Source: Catajapyx aquilonaris (taxonomy: Eukaryota). From it: a stretch of DNA of 64,000 nucleotides. The notes under the pieces are model-generated. The model was not told where the DNA came from. It saw only the letters and a list, made by a program, of their open reading frames with translations, and ran no database searches. The position numbers and the translations under genes were made by a program. Positions 26,821 through 38,359 of the stretch are shown piece after piece; position 1 is the first letter of the stretch; the number at the start of each line of letters is the position of its first letter. Location: contig JYFJ02001975.1 of NCBI GenBank assembly GCA_000934665.2, forward strand, positions 1 through 64,000, in the 5' to 3' direction.

Positions 26821-27749
26821 CGAATCTTTACCACTAGCAAATAACAAACCGTACTATTACTAAATATACAGCGAGAGGCGCTCACTAGAGCTTGTATATT
26901 GAGAGGCGAGACTCCACGTCCAATTTCCAGGGCTGAGAGTACAAAATAAGACGTACCAAGAGACACTACACTGGAAGTTTCGTCGTGACTGGTTGCGCCC
27001 AATCTCAATAGAAAAAAGAAGAGTTGGCATGGAAATGTCGAGAGGTTCTTTGGTGATTCAAGAGCCGAACGTCGCAGTGGGATTGTCTTCGTCGATATAT
27101 ATCAGGGACCTGAAGTGTCCCTAAAGAGCATTGTTTTCGCAGAATTTTCGTTTGTAACAAGCCTGTAGTTATATTTATTTATTTATTACCAAATGAAGAA
27201 TATCACAATAATAATCTAACAATAATAAAAGTGTCCTATATATAGGACGCTATGGATATCTGGCACAAACTGGCTAAATTTTTTTGTTATTCGTAACAAC
27301 AACTGCCGATACAGTGTCGTCACACAATCCGACGACTGCAATTGGCCCGCTTTGCTTTACCCATCCGGACCCTCCACGACTATAAAACCCTAGTGTTGGG
27401 CTTTCAAATCACGCAGTCGGGGATGAGCCAGGCGAAAATAATCCTCCCTGGGCGACCCGTTTTCTGCAGCTATTCTACCAGTCCTGAAAGCAAACAGCTA
27501 TTTTTCTCTCCTAGATTCTCTTTTTTTTTGTTCGACCTGAGTCTGAGTCATCGAAGTGACCACTCGGTCCATCGCTCCCTGGAGGGGAAGGTCCACTCGC
27601 CCTATTGTACTGACCGAGCGGCTAAATCAACAATGTCCAGCTGAAAAAAAGGAGTACTCAGTCTTTCTAACACTAATGTATGGAGGATTGTTTAACAGCA
27701 CTTTTGGAGGCGAGAAAACGCTTTAAAAGTAGTCCTAATATATTCTAAA

Positions 27750-28670
27750 TAACTAATATAATATTTTAAACTAACATTAAACTCAGATTTTAAACTAATA
27801 AAATATTTTAAACTAACATTAAACTCAGATTTTAAACTAATAAAATATTTTAAACTAATAAAATATTTTAAACTAACATTAAACTCAGATTTTAAACTAA
27901 TAAAATATTTAAACTAACATTAAACTCAGATTTTAAACTAATAAAATATTTTAAACTAACATTAAACTCAGATTTTAAACTAATAAAATATTTTAAACTA
28001 ACATTAAACTCAGATTTTAAACTAATAAAATATTTTGAACTAACATTAAACTCAAATTTTAAACTAATAAAATATTTTAAACTAACATTAAACTCAGATT
28101 TTAAACTAATAAAATATTTTGAACTAATATAATACTTCAACTACCGTACCATTTCAAAACTAATTTTTACTAACATTTTAGAATCAATATTTTAAACTAA
28201 TATTTTATTACTAATATATTATTTTACCAAATGTATTATTTTAACTATTATAACATTTTGAACAACACTATAATTATTATTTTAACTAATATAACATGTT
28301 GAACAATACTATATTATTTTAACTAATATAACATGTTGAACAATACTATATTATTTTAACTAAAATAACATGTTGAACAATACTATATTATTTTAACTAA
28401 TATAACATGTTGAACAATACTATATTATTTTAACTAATCTAACACTTTGAACAATACGACATTCTGAACTAATATAATATTGAAATTTTTGAAACTAATA
28501 TTTTAAAATAACATTTTAAAATTAATATCAAATTGTTGAACTAACAATATTTAAACTAATATTTTAAACTAACGTTTTAAACTAATGCCTTAAACCAACG
28601 TTTTAAACTGATGCCTTAAACCAACGTTTTAAACTGATGCCTTAAACTAACGTTTTAATCTAATTGCTTT
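27750..28670. repeat. AT-rich satellite: 42-bp unit (about 8 copies), then 37-bp unit (about 5 copies), then degenerate AAACTAA
   Basis: AAACTAACATTAAACTCAGATTTTAAACTAATAAAATATTTT; TTATTTTAACTAATATAACATGTTGAACAATACTATA. Confidence 0.95.
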
Positions 28671-30367
28671 AAACTACTATATCATAAATTATTAAAATTA
28701 ATACATTAAGACGAAATTTAATCAACATTACTACTTTATGTGTAGCCTACTATTTCAATTATTTATTCTCGGACACTAACAATGAAAGCATTAATTTATT
28801 CCTTGTACACACAGTTTCAGGTTTCATATTCATCTTGTGCAAGAACCGGGTGTAGGCCCGAGGCCAGTTTGTGGAATATCTCAACAAGCCCTAAATTGTT
28901 GTACTCGGAGTGATTTACATGCTGGAGGGGTTCGCGTGAATAATATACATTACAGACGTCAACAATATTCTGGCCTGGTTGAATAGGAGAGAGCGAGTTG
29001 GCCAATAAGAGTGCAGGCTCAGAGATGTATTCAAGAGGTCCGTACTTGTGTAGCGGTTTCACTTATGGAACTGCAAACAATGGTTGTTGTGTCCTCTTGA
29101 GTGTAGTGAGGCTACCAAGTTGGCAGCGTGGTAGTTATTAAATCGGGTCTAAAATTATGGCAGGTTTGGACCAAACATGGCGACATCCATCATATTTATT
29201 GGTTCGACCCAGCACAGTGCGAGGCTTATAACAATTCAAAATGCATGCTAGTAAGTAGGGTTGGATATGTGACATGTACGCCGCCATTTTTAATCCAATA
29301 TATTTGAACGCTGCTGCGGTTACTATGGGAGCCTCCATTTTGGATCCACTTTCAAACCATCGACTGTGACAGCTAGGTTCAGGTCATGAAACTTTTATTG
29401 TCACGCGATCCATCCCTGTTTGAATTAAGAGCATTGGAGTGGCATGGCCAGGTTTTTGAGAGCTTCATCCTCCCGGAATAAATTGTCCAAAGCTTGACCG
29501 GAAATGGGGCCGGAAGGGTGGTGTGTAGAGTACGGAACTCCGGATGGGTTCGGTACCGGCCCGTACCTTACACTTAGAGGGCAATTTCCTGACCGTGATA
29601 CTTCGTGCCATGTTAGCCATAGTTATCTTTAGTACAAAGAGGTGAGAAACAAATGGTTAGTTGTAAATCGAAACATTAATTTACGACCAATTAATTGACA
29701 CGTGTATACCCTGCTGATTTTGGGTCTCACGAACAATGGTGTTGTTACAAAATATAGGGGTCGCTGGTATTGGTTTTTGGGCCCATATCAGTTAGGTAAA
29801 ATTGGTGGAAAACTGGGCTTAATTTTAGGTGCATTGTTGTAGGGTGAAAATGTGGTAAAGTAGGTGATCAAATAATTATTTGATATTGATGTGGTAATGT
29901 ATGTGATCAAAATATATTTATATGATCTTGATAAGATCGGTTTTAAAGGTATTCCCTTTGTTCATGTACTGCTCATCAACTGACCACTTTTTCACATCAA
30001 AAAACCTCTCGAGCCAAACTACGCCAGTGACATTCAGCGGTTTTGTCAGTATGCTTACTACAGCAACAGGATTCCCCGAGAGTGTCATTCGAGGAATCTG
30101 CAGCGGGCGCCACAATTGTCATCCAGCACTGTCGTCTGTCACATAAGCGTCAATTACACAGGTCGAGTCCACTCAGCGAGAGGTCCGAGCTTTTCAAAAT
30201 ATAAAAAAAGAGTAAAACATTGTGGACTAAAAATGGCGGAAATTACTCGGATTTCTCAAAAAGGAGTGTTTAACCATATGAATTTGATCCATGTTCAACT
30301 TAAAGTGAATTAAATTTAACAGATTTAATTCGAAATTATTTGAGGTTTTACAGATTTATCTGTGGTA

Positions 30368-30925
30368 ACAGAGCGGGTTACCCACTCTCAAAAATTGTAC
30401 GCTATGATTACCTTATAATATTACCTTATAATTACCCATATTACCTTATGATATTACCTTATGATATTACCTTATAATATTACCTTATAATATTACCTTA
30501 TAATATTACCTTATAATATTACCTTATAATATTACCTTATAATATTACCTTATAATATTACCTTATAATTACCCATATTACCTTATAATATTACCTTATA
30601 ATTACCCATATTACCTTATAATATTACCTTATAATTACCCATATTACCTTATAATATTACCTTATAATTACCCATATTACCTTATAATATTACCTTATAA
30701 TTACCCATATTACCTTATAATATTACCTTATAATTACCCATATTACCTTATAATATAAATTACACATATTACTGGTACCAGTGATTACCCATATTACTGG
30801 TACCAGTGATTACCTATATTACCTTATGATTACCTTGAGATTTCCTGCTATTACATACTTATGATTACCGTACCAGGATTGCCAAATGAAGTGTACATCA
30901 TTACCAGAGTGGGTAACCCCCTTGC
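30368..30925 (+). mobile_element. TIR element carrying an internal ATTACCTTATAAT minisatellite
   Basis: GGGTTACCCACTCT (~30375) and AGAGTGGGTAACCC (~30906) enclose the ATTACC array at 30405-30840. Confidence 0.75.
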
Positions 30926-31105
30926 TGCTAAGAGCCTTGTCAGTTGAAAAGTTGTCGACAGGGCCATCTGACGAGAGGAAGTGAGGAACCGGAAAGGTTG
31001 TCATGTTTCCCTTTAGACGTGTCCAACTTATCACTCGTCCAAGTCGGATGCTGTCCGGAAGTCGTCCGAAAAAGTCCGGGAGAGTGTTTCGATTTCTAGC
31101 GGAAG

Positions 31106-31445
31106 GCTATAAGAAACATTACTACAGAAATAGTCAAAAAGTGCAACCCACTCCGGATCATCCACCGCAATAACTGAGTGCGATAAGTAACTCTCACGCA
31201 TATTTATGAAAATTAATTAATAATATTTAAAATCATTTTAAGTCAAATTAAGTTCTGACCAAGGGCGGGTTACCAACTCAGGTAATCTGATGTAATTAGA
31301 TTTAAATTATTTTAAATACGGTATTACTTTATAAATTTTCATAAATCTGCTTCAAAGCTTCGTATCGCACTTAGTTATTGCAATGGGTGATCCGGAGTGG
31401 GTTGCACTTTTAAACTATTTATGATGTAATGTTTCTTATATAGCC
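31106..31445. repeat. Inverted repeat, ~110-bp arms
   Basis: AAAAGTGCAACCCACTCCGGATCA pairs with TGATCCGGAGTGGGTTGCACTTTT; the arms extend to GGCTATAAGAAACATTAC / GTAATGTTTCTTATATAGCC. Confidence 0.85.
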
Positions 31446-32026
31446 TTATAATTTTCATATGGTACTCGTGGTAATCTTAAGTATGGAATAGTAGGAAATC
31501 TAAAGGTAACATGTGTAATCATAAAGTAATCTGGGCAATCATAACGTAAACTGGATAATTCTGACGTAATCTGGGAGACTATAAGGTAATATGGGTAATC
31601 ATGAAGTAATCTGGGTAAAGGGTAATCATGAAGTAATCTGGGTAAAGGGTAATGATATGTGTAATCTGGGTGCTCATGAGACAATCTAGTGTATTCATAA
31701 GGTAATATGAGTAACAATGAGGTAATATGGGTAATCTTAAGGTAATACTGATAATTATAAGGTAATATTGATAATCATAAGGTAATATTGATAATCATAA
31801 GGTAATAGTGATAATCATTTGGTAATCTAGGTAATCATATGTGTAATTTGAGTAATCATACGTATGTGTAATTTGAGTAATCATACGTATGTGTAATTTG
31901 AGTAATCATACGTATGTGTAATTTAAGTAATCATATGTGTAATTTGAGTAATCATATGGGTAATCATGAGGTAATCAAGCGTAATCATGGTATACACTTT
32001 TGAGAAGAGTGAGTAACCCCTCTGTT
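31258..32026 (-). mobile_element. Second, inverted copy of the ATTACC-array TIR element
   Basis: GGGTTACCAACTCAGGTAAT start, GGTAAT array, end CACTTTTGAGAAGAGTGAGTAACCCCTCTGTT mirrors 30368-30410. Confidence 0.7.
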
Positions 32027-32649
32027 CTGGTTATGTCCGTACCCTATGTTCGCCATATTGATTCCAACCCAACTCGTGTCAGCACTAGGGTTCTTTCCAC
32101 GGCCCATAAAGTCCGTTCCCAACTGCTGGCCACCTTTTGCATTTGGCACTCTGGACAAAAGGGACCCCCTCTCCTCATATTGTGCTGTCTTAAAATGGCC
32201 GCCGGAATGGACGCACCTTGGAAGAAGCCCCTCAGATGTAATGGTCTGGCCCCCCTCCCCCCTAAGAAAGAATTGAGGGGGGGCTGGAGGTGGCTCCAAG
32301 AATGGGAAAGATGGGCGTCCAATACCAGAGCACAAAAGGAGATGATACATTACTGACAGTCTCACTTTTATGGGCTTCCTCCCTAGGAGGGGGGGGTGGC
32401 TACTTCCTTTTTTGGTCCAACAGAGGGGGTTGGTGGAAGAGTTTCATTAATGGTCCTGGAGGGGGGGTTAGTCGAGCTATTCGGAGACGGTTAAAAGTGG
32501 CCGTTACAGAAAACAATTTCATTTCCGGGAACAACAAAGGACCTTTTGTCCACGGTTGGATCGAAGATGGACCGGATTCGGTGTATTATCGGGGAATGGA
32601 GTGGGAGCAACAATGCGGGTCAACAATCGGTTACCATGGACAAACAAAC

Positions 32650-33001
32650 AAACTTTTTCTCATAGAAAAAGTCTTAACGAAAGGCTGTCTGTCTGTGAAC
32701 AGTATAGGGGCCTCAACAGGAAGAGATAGCGACAAACGGTTTTCAGATTCGAATTCTGCGGACCCTCAAGGTATTCCAATGTCAACTTACGGTAACGGCC
32801 ACTTTTGGTTTTCCTGTTGCACTCTATCCGTCAAGGGCAAATTACAGTCAGCCGTTTAAATTGGGTTCTTTGACAATTGTTGTCCAATTTGAACCGCATC
32901 GCATCGTGTCGTATCGTATCGGGTTTGTCAGCCTCATATGTGGGTGCCAAATGAGAAAAAGTATACTATAATCACGCTCGTGTGATTTGTCAATCTTGTT
33001 T
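32650..33001 (+). mobile_element. HINE/DINE-1-like element
   Basis: ACTTTTTCTC..GAAAAAGTCT head, (GTCT)n, core GAGATAGCGAC...CACTCTATCCG.CAAGG, tail AAAAAGTATACTATAATCACGCTCGTGTGATTTGTCAATCTTGTT. Confidence 0.75.
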
Positions 33002-33004
33002 ATA

Positions 33005-33150
33005 CACTTGAATCCGGATATAACAGCCTCGGCTGTAGCAGACTTGCGGTTATAACAGACTCACAAAGACAGTACCGGCAATTGTGTATTCGGGTATAAC
33101 ATACCTTGGTTATAACATACTGATTTCAGAGGTCCCTTAGGATTCAACTG
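33005..33150. mobile_element. CAGTTGAATCC-family MITE (second copy)
   Basis: TA-CACTTGAATCCGGATATAACAG ... GGATTCAACTG. Confidence 0.75.
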
Positions 33151-33164
33151 TGTAGAGAAACAAT

Positions 33165-33450
33165 GGCGTGATTCTTGTAGACTTTTACTCATTGAGGAGC
33201 GGGGAATGAGGCTGCGAATTTATTTCCCATTGGCTAAGTACACCTCGACTGCAAATTTGACCTTGGCAGTTAGAGTAAACCCGGACAACCGAAAGTGGCC
33301 GGTCACCGAACGTTGACCATTAAACATATTTAGGGTTCACTAAATCCAAATCTGAAAACCGTTTGTCGCTATCTCTTGCTGTTTATGCCCTGTTACCTGT
33401 CTACAGACGGGCTGACAGACAAAGCCATTCTATAAACCTTATTTTGAAAT
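33165..33450 (-). mobile_element. HINE/DINE-1-like element, inverted relative to 32650-33001
   Basis: GCGTGATT...GTAGACTTTT tail; 33245-33440 is a diverged reverse complement of 32660-32855. Confidence 0.7.
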
Positions 33451-33994
33451 TCTAACAGCTGGTGGCTCCCTCTAGTCATAACGTATATCTAACTAACAAG
33501 CACAATTACTCGCCAACCGGCACTAGTAAAGCTGAATAATGCAGAGTGTGAGGGCTCCCTCTGGCTCCACGCATTGTTTTTCCGCGTGTAACCGAGTGAC
33601 GGTTACATTTCGGGTAACTCTACACCTCAGTGAATATCCAGGCGCATTTCAAATTACCCGGGTCCTTCAAATATTCAGGCTTGGAATTAATGAGTTTTCC
33701 CTCCGTGGTACATTCCAGGGGAGGGGTCCCATTGGCCTCTACTCACAAAATATAAACAACTATAGAAGCATTTTCTACAGTCTCTTGGGAAGTTTAATTA
33801 GAGCTGCACAATTGTTGTTTACGCTAAGATTCGCTTTGAGTTAACCCAATTTGCGGATTCTTGAATCTCGCGAGAGTTAGCTCATCAATCTATGATTTCA
33901 TGGGATGGAGATGTGGCCTGAGGTGCTTTAGAGCTGTTTTACTTATTTATTTCATTATTTGTTTACAAGCAGATAACTTGCTCGGGCGTGCTGT

Positions 33995-34287
33995 TGTATT
34001 ATGTTCCGGGCACCGTTAGAGCCTCATCTGAGATGGCCATCACACCTGGGTAAGTGCAGTCGACAAATGCGTGGAAAGTATGCTGATTGGACGTGTTAAT
34101 ACACATTGATACGATAGTATACTTGTGGATAATTACGGTATGTATTCCGGGCACCGATAGGTCTCATATGAGGTGGCCATCATGCCTGAGTTAGCGGAGT
34201 TGACTTATGCGTGAAATTTATGCCGATTTGACGTGTTAAATAGTTAAAATTGATAAGACACATTGATGCGATAGTATACTTGTGGAA
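33995..34287. repeat. Diverged ~145-bp tandem duplication
   Basis: TTCCGGGCACCG...TGGCCATCA...GACGTGTTAA...ACACATTGAT.CGATAGTATACTTGTGGA twice. Confidence 0.85.
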
Positions 34288-34289
34288 AA

Positions 34290-34558
34290 CAGAGGGTGTT
34301 AATCCTAAGCGTGTCACCAGAAAAGGTGGTGGTAGAGGGCGCAGGTGTGAGCATTTTTGCATAAGGAACTAGGGGTCGGAAACGCACCCTCACCGAGTTA
34401 CTCCCCTTTCAAGTGTGCAGCAGGCAGAGACGTGCGGCATGCGGCGGAGTGACTCGGTGAGGGTGCGTTTCCGACCCCTAGTTCCTTATGGAAAAATGCT
34501 CACACCTGCGCCCTCTACCACCACCTTTTCTGGTGACACGCTTAGGATTAACACCATG
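34290..34558. mobile_element. Young palindromic MITE (~113-bp near-perfect arms), probably CAGGGTG-type ends
   Basis: GGTGTTAATCCTAAGCGTGTCACCAGAAAAGG...CACCGAGTTACTCC pairs with GGAGTGACTCGGTG...GACACGCTTAGGATTAACACC, with only ~2 mismatches seen. Confidence 0.9.
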
Positions 34559-35614
34559 TATATCAATAGTTCAATAGTACAGGATAAAAAAATTCCAAAA
34601 TGGCAATTGTTTGACCCACCCATTTTTCCTCTGAAAAATAAGGTTATTGCCCACAAAGTGTTCCTTTCTACGATGATATGATCCATCAGTCTTGGATATT
34701 TCAAACATGCCATCCATCAATACTTAAGGCTTCCTTTCTTCAGGCTTTTTCTTCAGATTTGGAATGAAGTTTGATGGTTCATCCAAATGGCTTTTGAAGT
34801 GACCGGCCAGCAGCCATCACTTTCGGGGGAAAAATACTCATAAAGCAGTGAATCAATCATCTGAGGTGACCAATCACGCCTCGGTTAGTGGAGTAGACGT
34901 ATACATGAAATTTATTTATTTAAATCAGCGTAACAGCTATAAGGGCACCAATTACGCCTTAAAATAAATTCGGGCTCGCTCTGCTCGCCATTTGTCTTCA
35001 TAACACCCGCTCGTACGATACCCATCAGAACAAAAGCTCTCGAGGATTTCCAACACGAAAATTCTGGTCGACTGGCAGTTACACATCACTCATCCCCAGC
35101 TCGGAAGGAAACGGGCTCCCATTTATCCATAGATCAATCGAAAAGTTCAACTCCCAAAACTTTCACTTTTTGTCACATACTCACCGTTATAACGGTTACT
35201 TGCTAGTTATAACTGATATAAAATTGGAATAGCTATCAGAGGGGTCTGTCAAAGCACACATTTCCAGTACCATCGTTGTCTGAGTTCAATTTCCAGCGAA
35301 CCGTGTCGATAGTGTGGAAAAAGGGGATTGGAGGACTAGCGTTGGAAAGATCTAGAGGACAATGAAATCTTTCGGGTGTTCAGTGCACTTTCCCAGATGT
35401 GCGGGCTGTAATGCAATAACGGTTTCTAGGGAGAGTCGGTAGGAGAATCGGCGAGTGGAATCTCGCCTTTGGATTGCCAAAGAGGATAGAGACGGAGGCA
35501 AATAGAGAGAAGGATTTTGGAATAGGAAACTGGAGTATACACTATCATACAGCTAAGTCCGGGGTTTTCTGCAGGATGATCGATTGTTATGAATACAAGA
35601 AAAGATTCGCACCA

Positions 35615-37455
35615 TTTTCATTGAATTTTTGAATTTTTCATTGAAAATATCGCATTATTTTGTCCTTAGAATATCGTCGTAATGTGTCATTTAAAGATCG
35701 TATTTTCCATTGCAATATCGTATTTTCCATTGAAAAATTATATTCGTCGTTGGAATATCGTATTTTCATTGAAATATTATATTTTTCATTGAAAGGTCGT
35801 ATTTCACATTGCAATATCGTATTTTCATTCAAAAATGTATTTGTCGTAGAATTATCGTCTTTTCATTCAAAAATGGTATTTTCCATTGAAATATGGTATT
35901 TTCCATTGAAATGTGGTATTTTCCATTGAAATATAGTATTTTGAATGAATTGTTACTGTAGTTTCATTGAAATATAGTATTTTCAATGAATTGTTAGTTT
36001 CATTGAAACATTTTAAATTTCATTGAAGTATTTCTATTTCTTAAGATAATATTTTCATTTTATAAATAAAAGTTAATATTCAAGTGAAAAATGAAATATT
36101 CACAAACAAGTGTAGACTAATATTTAAGCGAAAAAATAAAATATTCAATTGAAAACAAAACATTCTACAGCAGGTAGAAATAAAATATTTTTTTTGAAAA
36201 TATAGTATTTCAATAGAAAACATGCATTTGAATGGAAAAGCCGTATTTAAATGGAAAACACATTGGAATGGAAAAATACAGAGTTTCAATAAAAAACACA
36301 GCCCTAATTTGAATGTAAGCTACTAAGTAAAACCATAGTACAGTATGTCATATCACCCGAATTTTTCCAGTTCTTCTTGTTACTATTTTTAAATTCGCCA
36401 TACATCTTACTGCTGCAGGTAGAGCTTCCAAATTTATTTTCACTAGAATGCTTTCCTTGAAATATTTTTTTTTTATCAATGGAATCTTTAGTTGTCTGAG
36501 CACCTTCGCCAATAATTTGGACGTGAGCCTTCGAATTTGGGGGTTGAATAATTTAGAATCTGACTTGTGCCCAACCTAGTATCAGTGCGATAGGTACGTA
36601 GTAACGTGCCTTAGTAATGAATATTGAAAGGGGATTGGCTCCGAATGGGCTTGGCGAAGAGACTTATTGATTTCATTTGGGGCGAAAGTGGACGAGGTGT
36701 GAACTTTTTTTTCTTTTTCTTTTCTTTCTATGAACTGAAAGATTAAATGCTGAGCTATTGATCTAGGTTCAGTAGTTTTACGTTACGTTCAGTCTAGATC
36801 AAATGTTACGTTAAATTATATTGTCGATGTCATTATGTAGTCGGCATGTTTGGATGAAGTTCGGAGAATGGAATTTAAAAGCATGACGAATTCATTTTTC
36901 ATTAAAACGCTGCAGTTTTAATTGAAATCTTATGTTTATAATTCTGGAATGTTTTTTTTATTTCAATATTTCATTTTTCTCTTGAATATTACACTTTGCT
37001 CTTACACATTTTATTTTTCATATCAATATTGTATTTTCCAGTGAAATATTATTATCTTCTGGAATAGATGGAAAATTTCAATTTTTCGTTGGCACATGCC
37101 ATTTTTCACTATCATTATTTTCCACTGAAATACGGGCACTTTTGAAGTGTTTAATTATTTTATCTTGAAATATTCGTACTTTATTGCATTTTCTCTTCAA
37201 TTTTCAAAATTTTCATAACAATATTTTCTTTTCCACTGAAATATTATTATTTTCCCTGAAATAACAGAAATATTTGTCTGTTTCACGAACGCATCAATTT
37301 TCATTTTTCACTGAAAAATTTTGATATCTCACTTGAATATTCCAATTTTTCACTGAAATGTGTCGTTTTTCACTTGAACACTTCTAAAGTGTGTATATAA
37401 TTATTTTCCATTGAAATATGTGGATTTTGATTGTAATATTGAAATATTTTCGTCA
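35615..37455. repeat. TTTTCCATTGAAATAT degenerate arrays (forward 35615-36060, inverted 36080-36300, forward 36890-37455) around a unique island
   Basis: Recurrent TTTTC(C)A(T/C)TGAAATAT and its complement. Confidence 0.75.
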
Positions 37456-37949
37456 AAATATTTCTTGGCATCTATGAACAGCATCCTCCCGACCTAGATT
37501 GTAATCAGCCGTTCTAGTAACCCACTTTCGCTCCAAACACGTAACAAGCCTTTGCACATCAATTTTTAGCGACAAAAAAATTCTCGCTTTTCCCACCGGA
37601 ACACGCCCCGCTGTTTCAGAAATTATCAATTCAGAATTCAGATGACCATTGTTGACACAGTTTTCAACACGTTGCCAGATTTCCACCGGAATAGTCTATC
37701 GCTAGTGTTACGGCGACTATAAAAAAAATTGTAGCGAGAGGGGAGTTGGTTCTAATCATTAATCACAGGGTAGTAGTCAGAATGAAAAGCGCGTGCACGC
37801 TACTAACAAAAGAAAGTATGGTGCGTGACGTGCTGGAATAACAGTTAAAACCAAGGCATAGCGATATCAATGCACCCTAGTAATGGCATCACATATCTCA
37901 TACCCTGAAAATGGGGGTGTTTTGAATACATCAATTTAAGCGGATATCG

Positions 37950-38091
37950 GGTGGATCAGTTGGTAGCACTGCCCCCATAGGGTCGGAGGTTCGAACCCGG
38001 TAACGGACTCTAAAAAAAAAAAGAGTCCGCGACCGGGCTCGAACCTACGACCCTGTGGTCTCTAGGCGACAACTCTACCAACTCAACCACC
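37950..38091. repeat. Tail-to-tail inverted pair of tRNA-derived (A box + B box) sequences
   Basis: Plus copy GGTGGATCAGTTGGTAG...GGTTCGAACCCGGTAACGGACTCT (37950-38011); A run; minus copy reads GGTGGTTGAGTTGGTAG...GGTTCGAGCCCGGTCGCGGACTCT (38022-38091). Confidence 0.8.
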
Positions 38092-38359
38092 ATATTATTT
38101 GGCAGGGGAGAGAAGCATTGTTGCTAAGTCCGACTTGTGACTTCAATTAGAACCCAATTCAGAGAGGTTTAGACGTGATGTTAACTCTCATTTGGGGGAC
38201 CAGGTGGAAATTTTAATTTAATTATGGGACGTCTGGGGGCGATAAAGTCGGGTGGAGTAAGAGCGTGTCAAAACTCGCTTGGAGTTTGCTATTTTTTAAA
38301 AATAGGGATGTTAATAGGTGACGTCATGAAGTGGTTTGAAGTTAAGTTGTGGCGACAAC

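Noticed and set aside
27892..28140. ORF with KYFISLKSEFNVSL repeats
   Set aside because: 42-bp AT-rich satellite unit
29945..29983. KGIPFVHVLL resembling Helitron Rep motif 2 (RGxPHxH)
   Set aside because: The first catalytic His is absent, a stop follows immediately and there are no other Rep motifs
32290..32859. 189-aa ORF
   Set aside because: Its second half is the non-coding HINE-like element and its first half is a G-run-rich island
38022..38091. Functional tRNA gene
   Set aside because: A and B boxes are present but there is no paired acceptor stem; treated as a tRNA-derived repeat
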